A stretch of 64,000 nt of DNA, taken from NCBI GenBank assembly GCA_002633005.1, contig NMRA01000625.1:1-64000 (forward strand), written 5' to 3'. Source of the stretch: Phoronis australis. Lineage: Eukaryota; Animalia; Phoronida. Below are positions 13,001 to 25,000 of the stretch, piece after piece (the first letter of the stretch is position 1; each line of letters starts with the position of its first letter). A program made the translations under genes and the position numbers. The notes beneath the pieces are model-generated. The model worked only from the letters and a program-made list of their open reading frames with translations. It did not search any database and was not told the DNA's origin.

Positions 13001-16000
13001 CTATCAATCACTTTAGTATTTAGTCTGAAAAGCATAGCAGTTTCTGTAAAACTGGTTCTCTTTCATTTTGGGGATGAATTTTGATCGGTGATAACGCCAA
13101 TTTTAGAAACGGCCGCAAAACATCAGTAGAAGAACATTTCTTATTGTTCCTATCATGGATGTTTCTACCCCAAGGTAGTCATTAATCAAAATTACATTAA
13201 CAGTCCCTCATTTCATCCAGGATTTAACCTTGGTCTTGAAGCGTTTTCGCGCTCAGAATATAGGCTACATTCAAGTGCATGTATACGTAGTGGGCAATAT
13301 TCCACAGAAAAAAGATATATCACATCTGAAAGAGAATCCCTTCATTTATATGTTGATGTAAACATTTCCGTGGATTGTTCTTGTGCACTCCGTGGCCACC
13401 CACTAAACATAACCACTCGAGTGTCCTTTTATGCCCGCTAGACGGCGGAAGATGCGTTACCGTAATTTCCACAATAAAATAACAAAATTTGACGATCCGT
13501 CGGTAAACGAACTTGAATTAGGTAGGTCGCTTGGACATTAACCTTGGGCAGCATAAAAAACAATCTTTAGCGTGAATTCATCATTTTGAATCTTTTCTCT
13601 CAAAAAAAGCACACTGCCACCTGGTGTTGGATTTCATGGTCTCGTCTTGTCTTGTAAATCCCTATGCTGGTTTGGCGCAACACCGTAGTGTTTCTCCGAT
13701 TAATGTGACCTAGTTTTCGCTTGGTGAGACAGCTTAAAACTGATGCCTATCAAAAACGCCACAACTGTTGGAAGTTTTGGAACTAGTTTTGATAACCGTT
13801 TTAGCTTACAAGTAGTGAAACACGAACGGCTTATGCGCCATCGCATTACTTATCTCATGGAAAACAACGTCAACCTTCACTAGAACTTGGATAGTGGAAG
13901 AGATCCACGGAAATGAAAGTGGGGTTGACATTTGATTGGTATCTAAGGGGCGGATCCAGTATGTTTTAAAAGGGGATCGGTTGAAGGATTTTTAAAAAGG
14001 GGGGTTCAAGTCAACAATCTGAAAATTATAGATTTGATATCACCAAAATCAAGGGAAAAAAGAGGGGTCCGGACGCACTTGACCCCCTGGATCCGCCTAT
14101 GTATCTAGACATATGTTATGCTCTAATAGACGTTTCCCAGGATTTTCACGATGCCTCCAAGTTGAGCTACTGTGCAAATGGCCAACAAAACCAAAATATA
14201 AGTACTAAAAACAGTAATTTACGATAACTTTGGCCTGTTGTGATTTGGAATGGATCTATGCAGGCAGTGGTGTATTTGTTCAGATATACATCTTAAAGTC
14301 TTTTATTAATCATAGAACATGGCTATTTTTTGTGCAAGAATGGCGACAAAGCTGCGATGAATTGGCGACAAAGCTGTGATGAATTGGCGACAAAGCTGTG
14401 ATGAATTGGTGACAAAGCTGTGATGAATTGGCGACAAAGCTGTGATGAATTGGTGACAAAGCTGTGATGAATTGGCGACAAAGCTGTGATGAATTTCTTG
14501 ATTTTTTGTTTTGTACAAAGAGGTTAATGACACAGCAATTTTTCATTTTTTTGGAGTTACGTCAATAATGTGAAACCAATGTTAAAATTAGTGACGAGTC
14601 ATGAACCCACCTCAGGACCATTTGCCTGATTGATACACACAGGCGTTCTTAAGCAAGATTTGAAACCCCATGTTTTGTCTAGCGACGAGTAAAAGATAAA
14701 TCCTGCACCATTTTGGCAAGCATCAGTTGGAGTTTCCTTTGTGAGCATACCGCACCACCCAAACGATTTTCGAAAACAACACACACCAGAGCTAACTATG
14801 CCTTTTTACCATATACAGAAATTGTGACCATTATAATTTATAATGGTTGTCAAAGTAGTGACTATGACTGCAGCCAAGACGACAGAGATGGCGGCATCGA
14901 TAATGAGAAAATACTAGCGATGGTAGAATGCTTGTCGCATTATCTTGAACGACATCGTATTGTCATATCTAGCAAAATGAAAAAAGGTATTCCAATATTA
15001 TTGTTGCATTTCATTTCACTTGCCCTTTGAACTGTCGCTTGTGGTAGCGGGTGACGGGGATCCCTATCTTGCCACAGGCACTGTCCATTGTTGCTCCTTT
15101 GGGCCGCTGCATGCCGCGAAGCAGTTGCGGAAAAAAGGTGAAGAATTTGTTGCACTCGGCCACAGAGATTCCGGCAGCGTACGCTGAAAGACAAATGTGC
15201 AATTGCACAGAAATGAGATTAAACACAACGAGTTTCTCTGTGCGAGTAATAGTATTGCGCAACAACTCCTGTCTCCAGCAGCTCTTCGTTAGCCTACTCC
15301 CTTGCTATAGAACTACGTCCAATGCCTCCTTGAAATTACCCAGCAACACCGTTTCGTGCATTTATAAAAATGCAGACAACATTGAATCAAGTAAAATCGA
15401 AATTGTCCTGGATGTATCAGACTTCAGCGTCCGCTGGGCAACTCATACAGGTCATGCGACACCACGTACAAATCGGAATATATCTACTCACACTGCTTAA
15501 ACGTGAACATTGATCAAGCAACAAATATGTAACACTTCATAAATATTATTCTTACTGTACTCATTCAATTGTGCCCTGATTTGAAACTGGTCTGTTATGG
15601 ATGCCGGATATTTAGCCAGGCAGACTCAGAGGCCGTCTAAATCTGCTTTTATGGCAAAGTCGTTCCCCCATATCAGGTTTTTCATGGTAAGCCATCCAAA
15701 ATGAATAATATATTTTTGAGTTCGATCTCCAGTACAAAGATCAGACCTTAGGCCCAAACCGACAATGCCACCTTGCGGAATTTCCTGGCGGTTGACACTT
15801 TTCTTAGATGACCCATTACGTAACTGCAGAGCGTCGGACTTACTTGAATTTATCAAAGTTGCAAAGTGAGTGTTCGCCGGGGTCACTCCAGTTATCCACG
15901 AACCATGCTTTACACCAACATGCACGTAATCTGCGTAAATCTTGACGTAGTCAAACTCCGCCATGACAGCCATCTGACCAAGTTTGCGCATTAGTCCTGC

Positions 16001-19000
16001 ATCCTTATCTTCACTCGGCATTGTGGTGAATTTGTAATTCATTTCGTCGTCGGTTAGCTTTCTTGAGATGGCTATCTGGGCGGCTCTACCTTCTTTGTGG
16101 ATTGAATTCCATGCAAACTTTCCCCAGTTGCTTCCTTGGATTGGGTTCAGCTCAGTCGGCTCGTCAAATGCGTTAATAACCATCAGCTTCCCTTTGAAAA
16201 AGTCACGAAGTCAGTGTAAGCGCTTTTTACATTGAGTTGCGTACTAATATAATTTTGTGTTGAAATAGTGACAGGCTACCAATAGTAATAGCATAAATCA
16301 ATTCAGCTCTTTTTAAAGCACTTCTAATCATGGAAAATATAGTCAGAGTTAACAGTTGTAAACGAGTTGCCACTTACGGTTTTTCAATCGAGGGTCTTTC
16401 ATTACTAATTCTGCAAGAGATTTGATTGCCTCCGACATGTCTAACGACATGTGACGATCAGCGCATATCTTGGGCTTTGTATACCCGGCGACATCCTTTC
16501 GACAATCCGTACAAGGGTAGTTCAACGATCCACACCATTTCTGTGTATGCTCCTCGTTTTTGAACAGGATCTTGTTGGATTTTAGTTGGATCATTTTTCT
16601 GGAATAAGAATTATACTCTTGCTTTGTTTTCTTGATGGTGGAGTAAGAAAGCAGAAACGACAATAATGCAGTGCTTAAGAACCACAGAAATGGTATGCTT
16701 TGATTTGCTTCAAAATACACATCTTCACTGGAGTTATCAGCTACGATTTTTTGCGGCACCTGCTGGTAGGTGTCACCACTAAAATATCGTGCACATGGTC
16801 CAGTCTCTATGAAAGATAACATGGAATATAAACAATAAGAGTAAGCAAGATTAGTTGACTTAAATACATTAATCACGCAGGTGGTTAAAACCGAGCATTC
16901 AGTGAATGGAGTCGAACCCTCATCAGCGCATTATACCTACGTAACCGAGAATTTTTGCAGCTGAATTCGCCCATACATGCATGAACAAATTCATAAATTG
17001 TACTAACGTCCATTTATTTGTTTTATCTTGTGTTATTGATAATGACGGCTAATAATATTTCAACAGAACTGTTTTCAGTAGATGTTTTTTCAAAACATTT
17101 TTGCGTGTGTGGCGCTTCTTCGAAATTTTGGGTGAACATCACTATTTGATGTGACGTAAGAAAAGGTACATCCAGGAGGATAAAAATGTTCTTCTACATC
17201 TGGTAGACTTAATACCGAAGTCATCAGACTCTACAAAAAGTGAAAAGTAAGGATATCAGTGGTAAAAACAAAACGATGTCGCCTGTGAGCGTCCAATTTT
17301 TCGCTTATCGAGGTTTTTGTATCCTCTTTGGCGTTTTTCGCTAAGACTAGAGAAAGGTCAACGTGGTTGATCCGTTCACTGCAGTTGGGCACAAACTAAA
17401 ATTGCAGAATATTTGAATGTGGGTGGCAATTGTCAAACTGTCAACAATATTACGACGAAATAGCATTAGTGAACACATGTGAGTGTCCATAGGCTGCTTT
17501 ACTCTAGTTGTCAATTCGTTACACCTTTTGGCTTAAATACACTCCAGGTTGCATTGGGGTTATAGAAGAATACATTGACATGATGACATAGTATCGTACG
17601 ATCAGACGGTTTAAATTACGACTTATTACTTTATCATTCTTATGGATTAATTATGACTACTGCTTTTTCAGTTTACAACTTACGAGAAGAATTCATTGTA
17701 GCTCCTCTCCACCTGTCGGATGATTTTACCACAAGCTTGCTCCGGGTTTTTGTCTGCATTTAGCTCTGCAGCGCCGGTCAGTTGGACAAAGCAACACGTC
17801 GTCTCATCCACAGCGTCTTGGCACAGTGCAAATTCAGTTGCTGTTCTAAGCTGGGTATTTGTGGCCATAGCAGGGTATAAATTGCCCCACCTGTCGGTAA
17901 GTAAGGGGGAATGAAACCACTAACACAGCACATTATTTTTGTCAATACCGTATGAGGGCGTATTAGGTCAGTGGTACGGACGGGAAGACTACACTACCTT
18001 TTGAAATTTATATATGCATGCTTACAAACGATAGTACTCGTTTTTTCAAAATCATTTTAGTCAACTGCTCTGCATACCCCGCGCACGTGTCCAAGACCAA
18101 CTTATAAGTAAGGGCAGTTGATTTATCCCTTGCATATGCGCATGCGCTAAGCTGGGTGTTTTTGGTATTTTTTGTAAATTGAATACTTCCCATTGAATAA
18201 TTAAAAGCACGCGTTAGTTGCTTCATTTTTGGCGGATAAGTCAAGTTTGGCTGACTATGGAATGCGTTCAGTTTTATTCAAATTTGTCACATAAAGGCAC
18301 ATGCGCATCATTTCTCATTTATGAGCAGCGCCACATTTTGGCACACAGGTATGAAAATAACATCTTGTTTTACTCTGCAACACAGATCGTGGCGTAGCCC
18401 GAGCAAAATAGATTACGATAAGCATTACTTGAAGATATTTGAAATTAACACACAACAACAACAACGCAAGCGTTTATATGCACCCACCGTGTGCTTGCAA
18501 ACAGCACACATACAACAGATGACCATTATTTTAAACATTCCCACAAAACGGAGCAATGCTTGTAAACTTAGTATTAGTCACTAGGGGGTGCGACGTAAGT
18601 CAGAAATGGTGATTCTTAGAGGATAGGGAGGCGGACGACAAAAGCAATTGAAAGTCCACTAGTTGGCGCAACACATGTCATTAAGTTACGCCAGTGCTGT
18701 TTTCTACGTGAGAGTAACGTATTTGCAAAATCACGAAACTTGGTGGATATCAAGGCAAACTCAAAAATTGCCACCAGGCGGCTCTGCAGTAGTCTGATTT
18801 GTCTCCAAATCCTCGTCAGTTGTACCATATATAATAATATCTGTACATCGATCATCAATCACCATCATTTTCAAACTACAGCAGCACATAATGATGATCG
18901 GGTTTTACTATCTGAGTAAAGATTTAATAGTCAAATCTTACCAGAAGATCTTGCCCAATATTTTGTACTCTAACGTCGACAGAGAAACGTCAGAGGACAG

Positions 19001-22000
19001 CCATAAATCGTGAGTTGGTCGCGTACAGACTGTTCCGTAGCCGTAGATGTAAGTGGAAAAGTCGACTGTCTGCGACAATCTGAAATGTAGACATATATTT
19101 CATTTTACCTCTCAATTGAATTGAATAGAGTGTTAATCCACGTCCTAACGTAAGAGCACAAAAGGCAAGAAATAACTGTTTCCATTTAAACCAAATCCAG
19201 TCAGCACTGGCTGTGCTGTGCGCTTTTTGTTGTTGTTTTCACGACCCAATTGTTTCTACATTCGAATGCACACCAGTCATGTTGCATTTCGACTGTAGGA
19301 CTGTCGGAAACTGTTGTGGAGTTACGTGGGATAAAACTACCAACAATTTAATAAAGAAAACATTTTCACACGAGGAGATTTGGAAACTCATTTACAGAAA
19401 GACTTCAAATCTTTGAGGACGGAGAAAGAGATCAAAGGAATTTATCATATCACCGCTTCCGTGATAAGAGATGCTGATAAGAGAGATAAAGTAGACTCAG
19501 ATTTGTCTTTGCTCAAGGCCACCAAAAAGACTAATACGTTCAGGGCCGAAATTTGTGGAACAGTTTATCTCAAGAACTGTCGAGAGTAGTCGACGAATTT
19601 TTAATCATTTTAATCACACGCTATACATGTAAAAGGAGTCGGTCTTCGACAAAAGTTTCAAATCTGTTTCGACGTAAAATCATGTCATTAGATCATTTCA
19701 TAAAACATAGATTTTTGCACTATAAAGTGACGCGCATTGACACGAAAATCATCGTGGCAATGATCAAACACCGCGGGAATGAAAATGAAGTTCTGAACCC
19801 TGCGACAGTACTTAGTAGAGAGAACTTTCGAAATGTTATAAATGTTATCATGCAACGATTTGTGAGAACCCAACTTGAATGATATTATTGCATTCTAATA
19901 AGTCGTACATGTGAGGACAGCGGCCAATGCTTGCCATCATCCGAGCTCTCAGATTGTGGCGTGAACATAATCTTTTGTTAGTAGCAACGTGCCATTGTGG
20001 TCCATTTCTGTCAAGCACATTTCGTAATCGTACATGAAAAGTGCGCAAATACCGAGCAAACATGAATCCGCTGAACTAATACGTTTTGCCAGCTAAAACA
20101 TCGCGTAAGTGTCTAGGTGATGTAACGCCTGCGACTGTGCAGGACACTTACCCAACTTTATACTTCATGTTGGTTCCCATCTGAAACAAGAAAGTCTTCT
20201 TTCCGTCGATTTCACGTTTTTGATCGGCCCAACTGATGGTGAAGTCAAGGTCCAGCTGTTAAAAAAAAAAATGGATATAGGACGAAGATTCTAACAAAAG
20301 TTACGTCATGTACAGCGCCTTATACGCTTTAGTGTCATTCTTCGACTCCTCGGCTCCCACGTTTCTCATCGCAAGTTGCACCATTTCCAAATAACTGGTA
20401 ATTAAGACCGTGCGAAGCCTGCATCACCTCAATATATAGTCGCTCTTCTAGCGGTTTGTCTATACATGACAGCTCCATTACGAATAGATTCAAGTTCCTT
20501 GTAGTTATAGAGTTTTCCATACCTTAGCCTTGAAATTGGCTTTGCCTCGCGAAAGAACAGCCGAGAAGTCGTATTTTGGGTCCACAGCTGTTGTGTTGAT
20601 TTGTGTGTATTGGTGGTCCATCATCAAGCTGCCGTTGGACTGACGAGTGAAGGCTGAAAGTGTCATATTGCTCAGATTGTAATGATAATTCACACTAAAG
20701 TTATCCAGGTTATGATTACTAAGTTTATTCTAGTTTTAATTACTATAGTGAAGTGATGACAGAGGAGACGCAGTAATACGGCTACAACAATGAGCCCTGG
20801 GACATATATATCTTAGAGCAATGATGACATAACACGGTAAGCTATTAGTAATGACTTGCGAAATAATTCCTGTAAAACATATTTCAATTCTTCAACTTTC
20901 GATCGTCTTTGGGGATCTCAAATAACAGTGATGACCCAAGATTACGGGCATGTCGTAAGCAAAGCATCTGTACCACGTGTTGTAAACGCAAAAGCCTTCA
21001 GGTTAACACACTTTCCATTATCTGATGGTTTTAATTACTAATTTATCTCTTTATGAAATTTCTCTGGTTCTGCCACATGACGACGTACTATTTGCAGATA
21101 TACCCTGCTTGTCACAGTCAACACAGTGCACTCTGCATATAGGTTCTAAAAAAGTTTTTAACTGTCTCGTCGATACGCTGCCCTCTTGCGGACAATTGCT
21201 GTGCACGCGCATGCAGCTCACGTATTCAAAACATAATGCCCTTTCGCAAACCTCAGTGGTTTTGGATGAGCAAAGACTTCCTGGTCGGGGCACTTTGTCT
21301 CATCCTAAGAATTAGGGAAGTTTGCACCTAGCCACCTCGTAACGCAAGCTACAATGTAATATCAATTTATGTGAAGGGCACACAAAATCTCGCTTTATAT
21401 TCAGTAAGAGGAAGATAGTTGCCCATCGAGATCAAGCCTTAAGGTCGACTACATCAATGAGATTCGAAGTTAGGAAATCAACAAGGAGAGAACATCCAAA
21501 TGTTCAACTAACGTTATAAGACATATTGTAAACAACACACATTTGAGGTTACAAAATTTTGTTTGGGCAAGCAAAGTGTCTATTGAACCGGGGGCTTGGA
21601 CACGTGGCGAAGTGGTGCTTTTTAACGTGTGGGGGGCGTTTGACCGTAAGACTGGGCATCTCGTCGGACTCTACCCTAATTACCAATAGCATCGATAAAT
21701 TTCAACATCAAATTAAAAACGCCGACTGTACTTACTCATATTCAAAATTCCCTCTTCGTATATGTCGAATTCGAATTCGGACTTAACTGCTTCGAAGTCT
21801 ATGTCCGCATTGATGTACTGCGCGAAGTCATAGTTCAGATGCATCATGACGTCTTTCTTAAGAACGTCATCAAATATCATCACTGGTATGTCGATTTTGC
21901 CTTTAGAGCTACTGATCATAACTTCAACCTTCTCACTCTTGTCACCCTTTGTGTGAACTTTGAACTTCCGCTTGAGTTTGATGACGCCATTAATCTAAAA

Positions 22001-25000
22001 TGACATGATCTGATATTTCAACGCTCATAGTAATGTTGAATATGCTTAATATTATGTAAGACCATATTGACAAGTTTGCGTATTTAGATAAATATCTACA
22101 AACTATAGATTTTAATTCAGTAAAAGCAGAAACCTCTGGAGTTTTTTTTACTTTCCAACAATCCAAACAGCTGTTCATCCCTCTAAATGTTGCCTTCTCA
22201 TTTTCGAAGGAATTTCTAGACGCCCTGCACAGTTATTTTACAAGTGGAATAAAATCATTATGAAATTGCTTCGTAAGTTCGTTTACTCTAGGGCCACCTT
22301 TTCCAAAATAAGTCACGCACAATACCCTATAATTATGCCTAATACTCAGTTAACTCATTCCATGTTGTAGTGTATCAGTTTCAAATGTGTCATACATCTG
22401 CGTCCCTTACCTTCACTTCGAAATCTACTATTTCACGTTTTTTGATCACCAGTTTGCTGCAAGATACGAGAAAAGACACTGTCAGATCTATTTATCGACC
22501 AGGAGTTTTCTCATTTAATAAGTCTCCCTTCAAGAACAAAATATGTATAGCACGACCTGATCCATAAATTTACAAAGGAAGCTAGAACACAATTTCCAAA
22601 GGATCAAAGTTCGCGATATCCCTAAAAATGTTCGGAGGGCCGGCGCCCCTTTAAAAAGTCTCGGGACTTTGACAAAATTTCCAAAGGGTTTTGCCCATGC
22701 CATAAACTTGAGACTCGTGTAGGATTCTCTATGTAATAATTTTGCATGTATGTAAATCATTGACAAGCTAATATGAGACGAAACCCGGTGCAGTTAATAA
22801 AGAATACTCACGTGGACGTATCGCCCTCAAGTGTGGCGTAGCATTCCTTGCAATAAAGGTCCCACCAGTTGTTGCTGTTCTTCGGAGAGTACTGCGACTG
22901 TTGCGACTGGTCGTAGAACTTAACCTGCTTCTCAGATGAGTCAATGCGTGCGCTCTTGTCAAACTTTTTTGTGTTACTATTCCAGTTGGATGACAGCGAA
23001 AGATGTTGATCTGGCTCGAAGATTGACTTGGTTCGCGTTCCTTGGGTAAGTTTCAGAATAAGGTCGTCGTTAGTCATCACTGACCGGCGGACGCGGTGTC
23101 TGTGCTCTTCCTTCTCCGCATCAGGGACTCCCGTCCAATCTCCTCTCTTGTGGTGGACGGTGTATTCCAGCTCCTCGAAGTTGTCAGCAAATCTGAAGAG
23201 AGTTGTTACATCTGGTATAGTATACGCAGAAGAAGGTATGGTAGCAGTGACTTGTATTTATCGCTAGCGTACCCACGCGCTGTAGTTTTTGGAAATGTTC
23301 TCGACGCCGACGACAAAATTATACCAATGATGTCCAAGTTTACCACCGTATTTCTAGCATGAATTGTTTGACTTGCTTGATGCTATACGTGGTTTAAAAA
23401 TTCCTGACGGAAACGCAACATGGCTTCTTGCAACACACACAACGAAGTTCAATGAAACTAAAAAAGGGAGGAACTCGAATAACAAATTCTATTTTGAGTG
23501 ACAGAGTTTGGGTCGCACATGCGCGTTATAACAGTACATTACATACTTTCCATTTGGTCTGCAAGACATGGACTGTAAAATGAAATTTCAGTCTACGAAA
23601 GTTTAGTACATGGTGTCTCAGCGCAAGTGCTTCATTTAAAGAGATATAAACGGTTTTACGGACGAAAAAAAATCGTTTTGGGGTTATTTTGGATAGCATT
23701 GGCTTCCAGACGTTGGCTTTGATCAGAACTATAAAACAGCTGTCTATTGCTCTAGGTATGTATTGATTTCTGCGCTTTTCCCTATATTGTAATAAGGTTT
23801 TGCTCGATGCGACTGTCTTCCTTGGCGTTTTCATCTTTTTAGTGAGTTTTTCCACAATCTGCAAACAAATTTCAAGAAAGTGATTTCCACTTACCCCGCT
23901 GGTACGGTAGATATAAACAGGTGATCCATGCCGAACAGGACTCCCTTAACTTTCTGGTAAATTCCATCAATTTCAGTGCCATCCACCATGGATTTGCAAT
24001 TGTTCCAGGTCTTCCTTGAGCGGACGATCATTCCAGGTAACCACACCTGCGTGATGTCGTAATGACCTTCCAGCGCCGCATGAGGGTCGGCGTTGTCTTT
24101 TGGGTCTATGTATACTCGAATTCCGTTGCGTACGCATTTTATATCCTTAAAACGTACAAAAAACGCATTACAACAAAGGGTGCTGATCCTACCCTTAAAT
24201 ACGCTTACCAATTATTTATTTATTGTAAAATTTAAAACGAGGGTGGCCTCTCTAGTGATAGCCCTGCTTTCCAACAGGGCCCTCAACATCAACTTAGGAT
24301 AATGCAATAAGAAAGTGAAACAATAATTAAATACATGTAACAAAGATACAATTAAAAAAGTTAAGAATTAAGATAATCAATAAATGACGAAGGATGATGA
24401 AAAGTTTATTAAGAGAGATGAAATAAATAAAGATATGATACTTAATAGCGAGAATATTTACAATAATGAAAATGACACATTTAAGCCAGGTACGGGGTAA
24501 GGATGGTTAAGTAAATTACAGCCACTTTTTATTATTAAGTTTGAAAATATTAATTGAATCTGACCGCTTAATTCCAGGGCTAAGAGAGTTCCATATTGCA
24601 GCAGCAGCATAGAAAAAAGATCTCTTGCCGGTCTCGGGAAACAATACGTGTAGAGTATGTACCTATTTCTTTGTTTTACTTTCATGAATCCAAGTTTGGA
24701 GTACAAGTCGTCGACCCGGGTGTCCCTAATTCTAGTACCCAGGATAACCCTGGCAGCTCTATTTTGGATTACTTGGACTTCATTTATTAATAAGTGTGTC
24801 GCTGGTAGGTGTATGTCCCCAAACCGGTAAACAATAATCAAAATGAGGCTGCATAATTGACTGGTAAAGTGAGAGTGCTGACATTAAGAAATTTACCGAT
24901 TTTCTTTGATAATTTCTTTGTGATGTGATTTATGTGCATATTAAATTTAAAATTGGGATCTAAAATAAGGCCCAAGTACTTAAACTTACGGTCAACACTC

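Noticed and set aside
14306-14546. Repetitive ORFs or a CRISPR-like array
   Set aside because: Pure 22-bp tandem repeat without unique spacers; the ORFs are translation artefacts
15626-15843. ORF extension past exon 11 (…IHFGWLTMKNLIWG…)
   Set aside because: Lies after a consensus donor; interrupted by a stop and an insertion in copy B, so intronic
8972-17890. Calling the gene hedgehog (hh) or hedgling
   Set aside because: No CGPGR start, no G|CF Hint domain, no VWA/cadherin/TM; it has duplicated Hedge domains instead
23193-23212. Upstream acceptor ataccag|AT for exon 3
   Set aside because: Wrong phase for exon 2 (gives an early stop); the acceptor at 23193 fits
733-24211. Same-strand short ORFs read as a decayed endogenous virus or prokaryotic operon
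   Set aside because: Each conserved block is bounded by AG/GT splice sites and the blocks join in phase; they are exons of one gene
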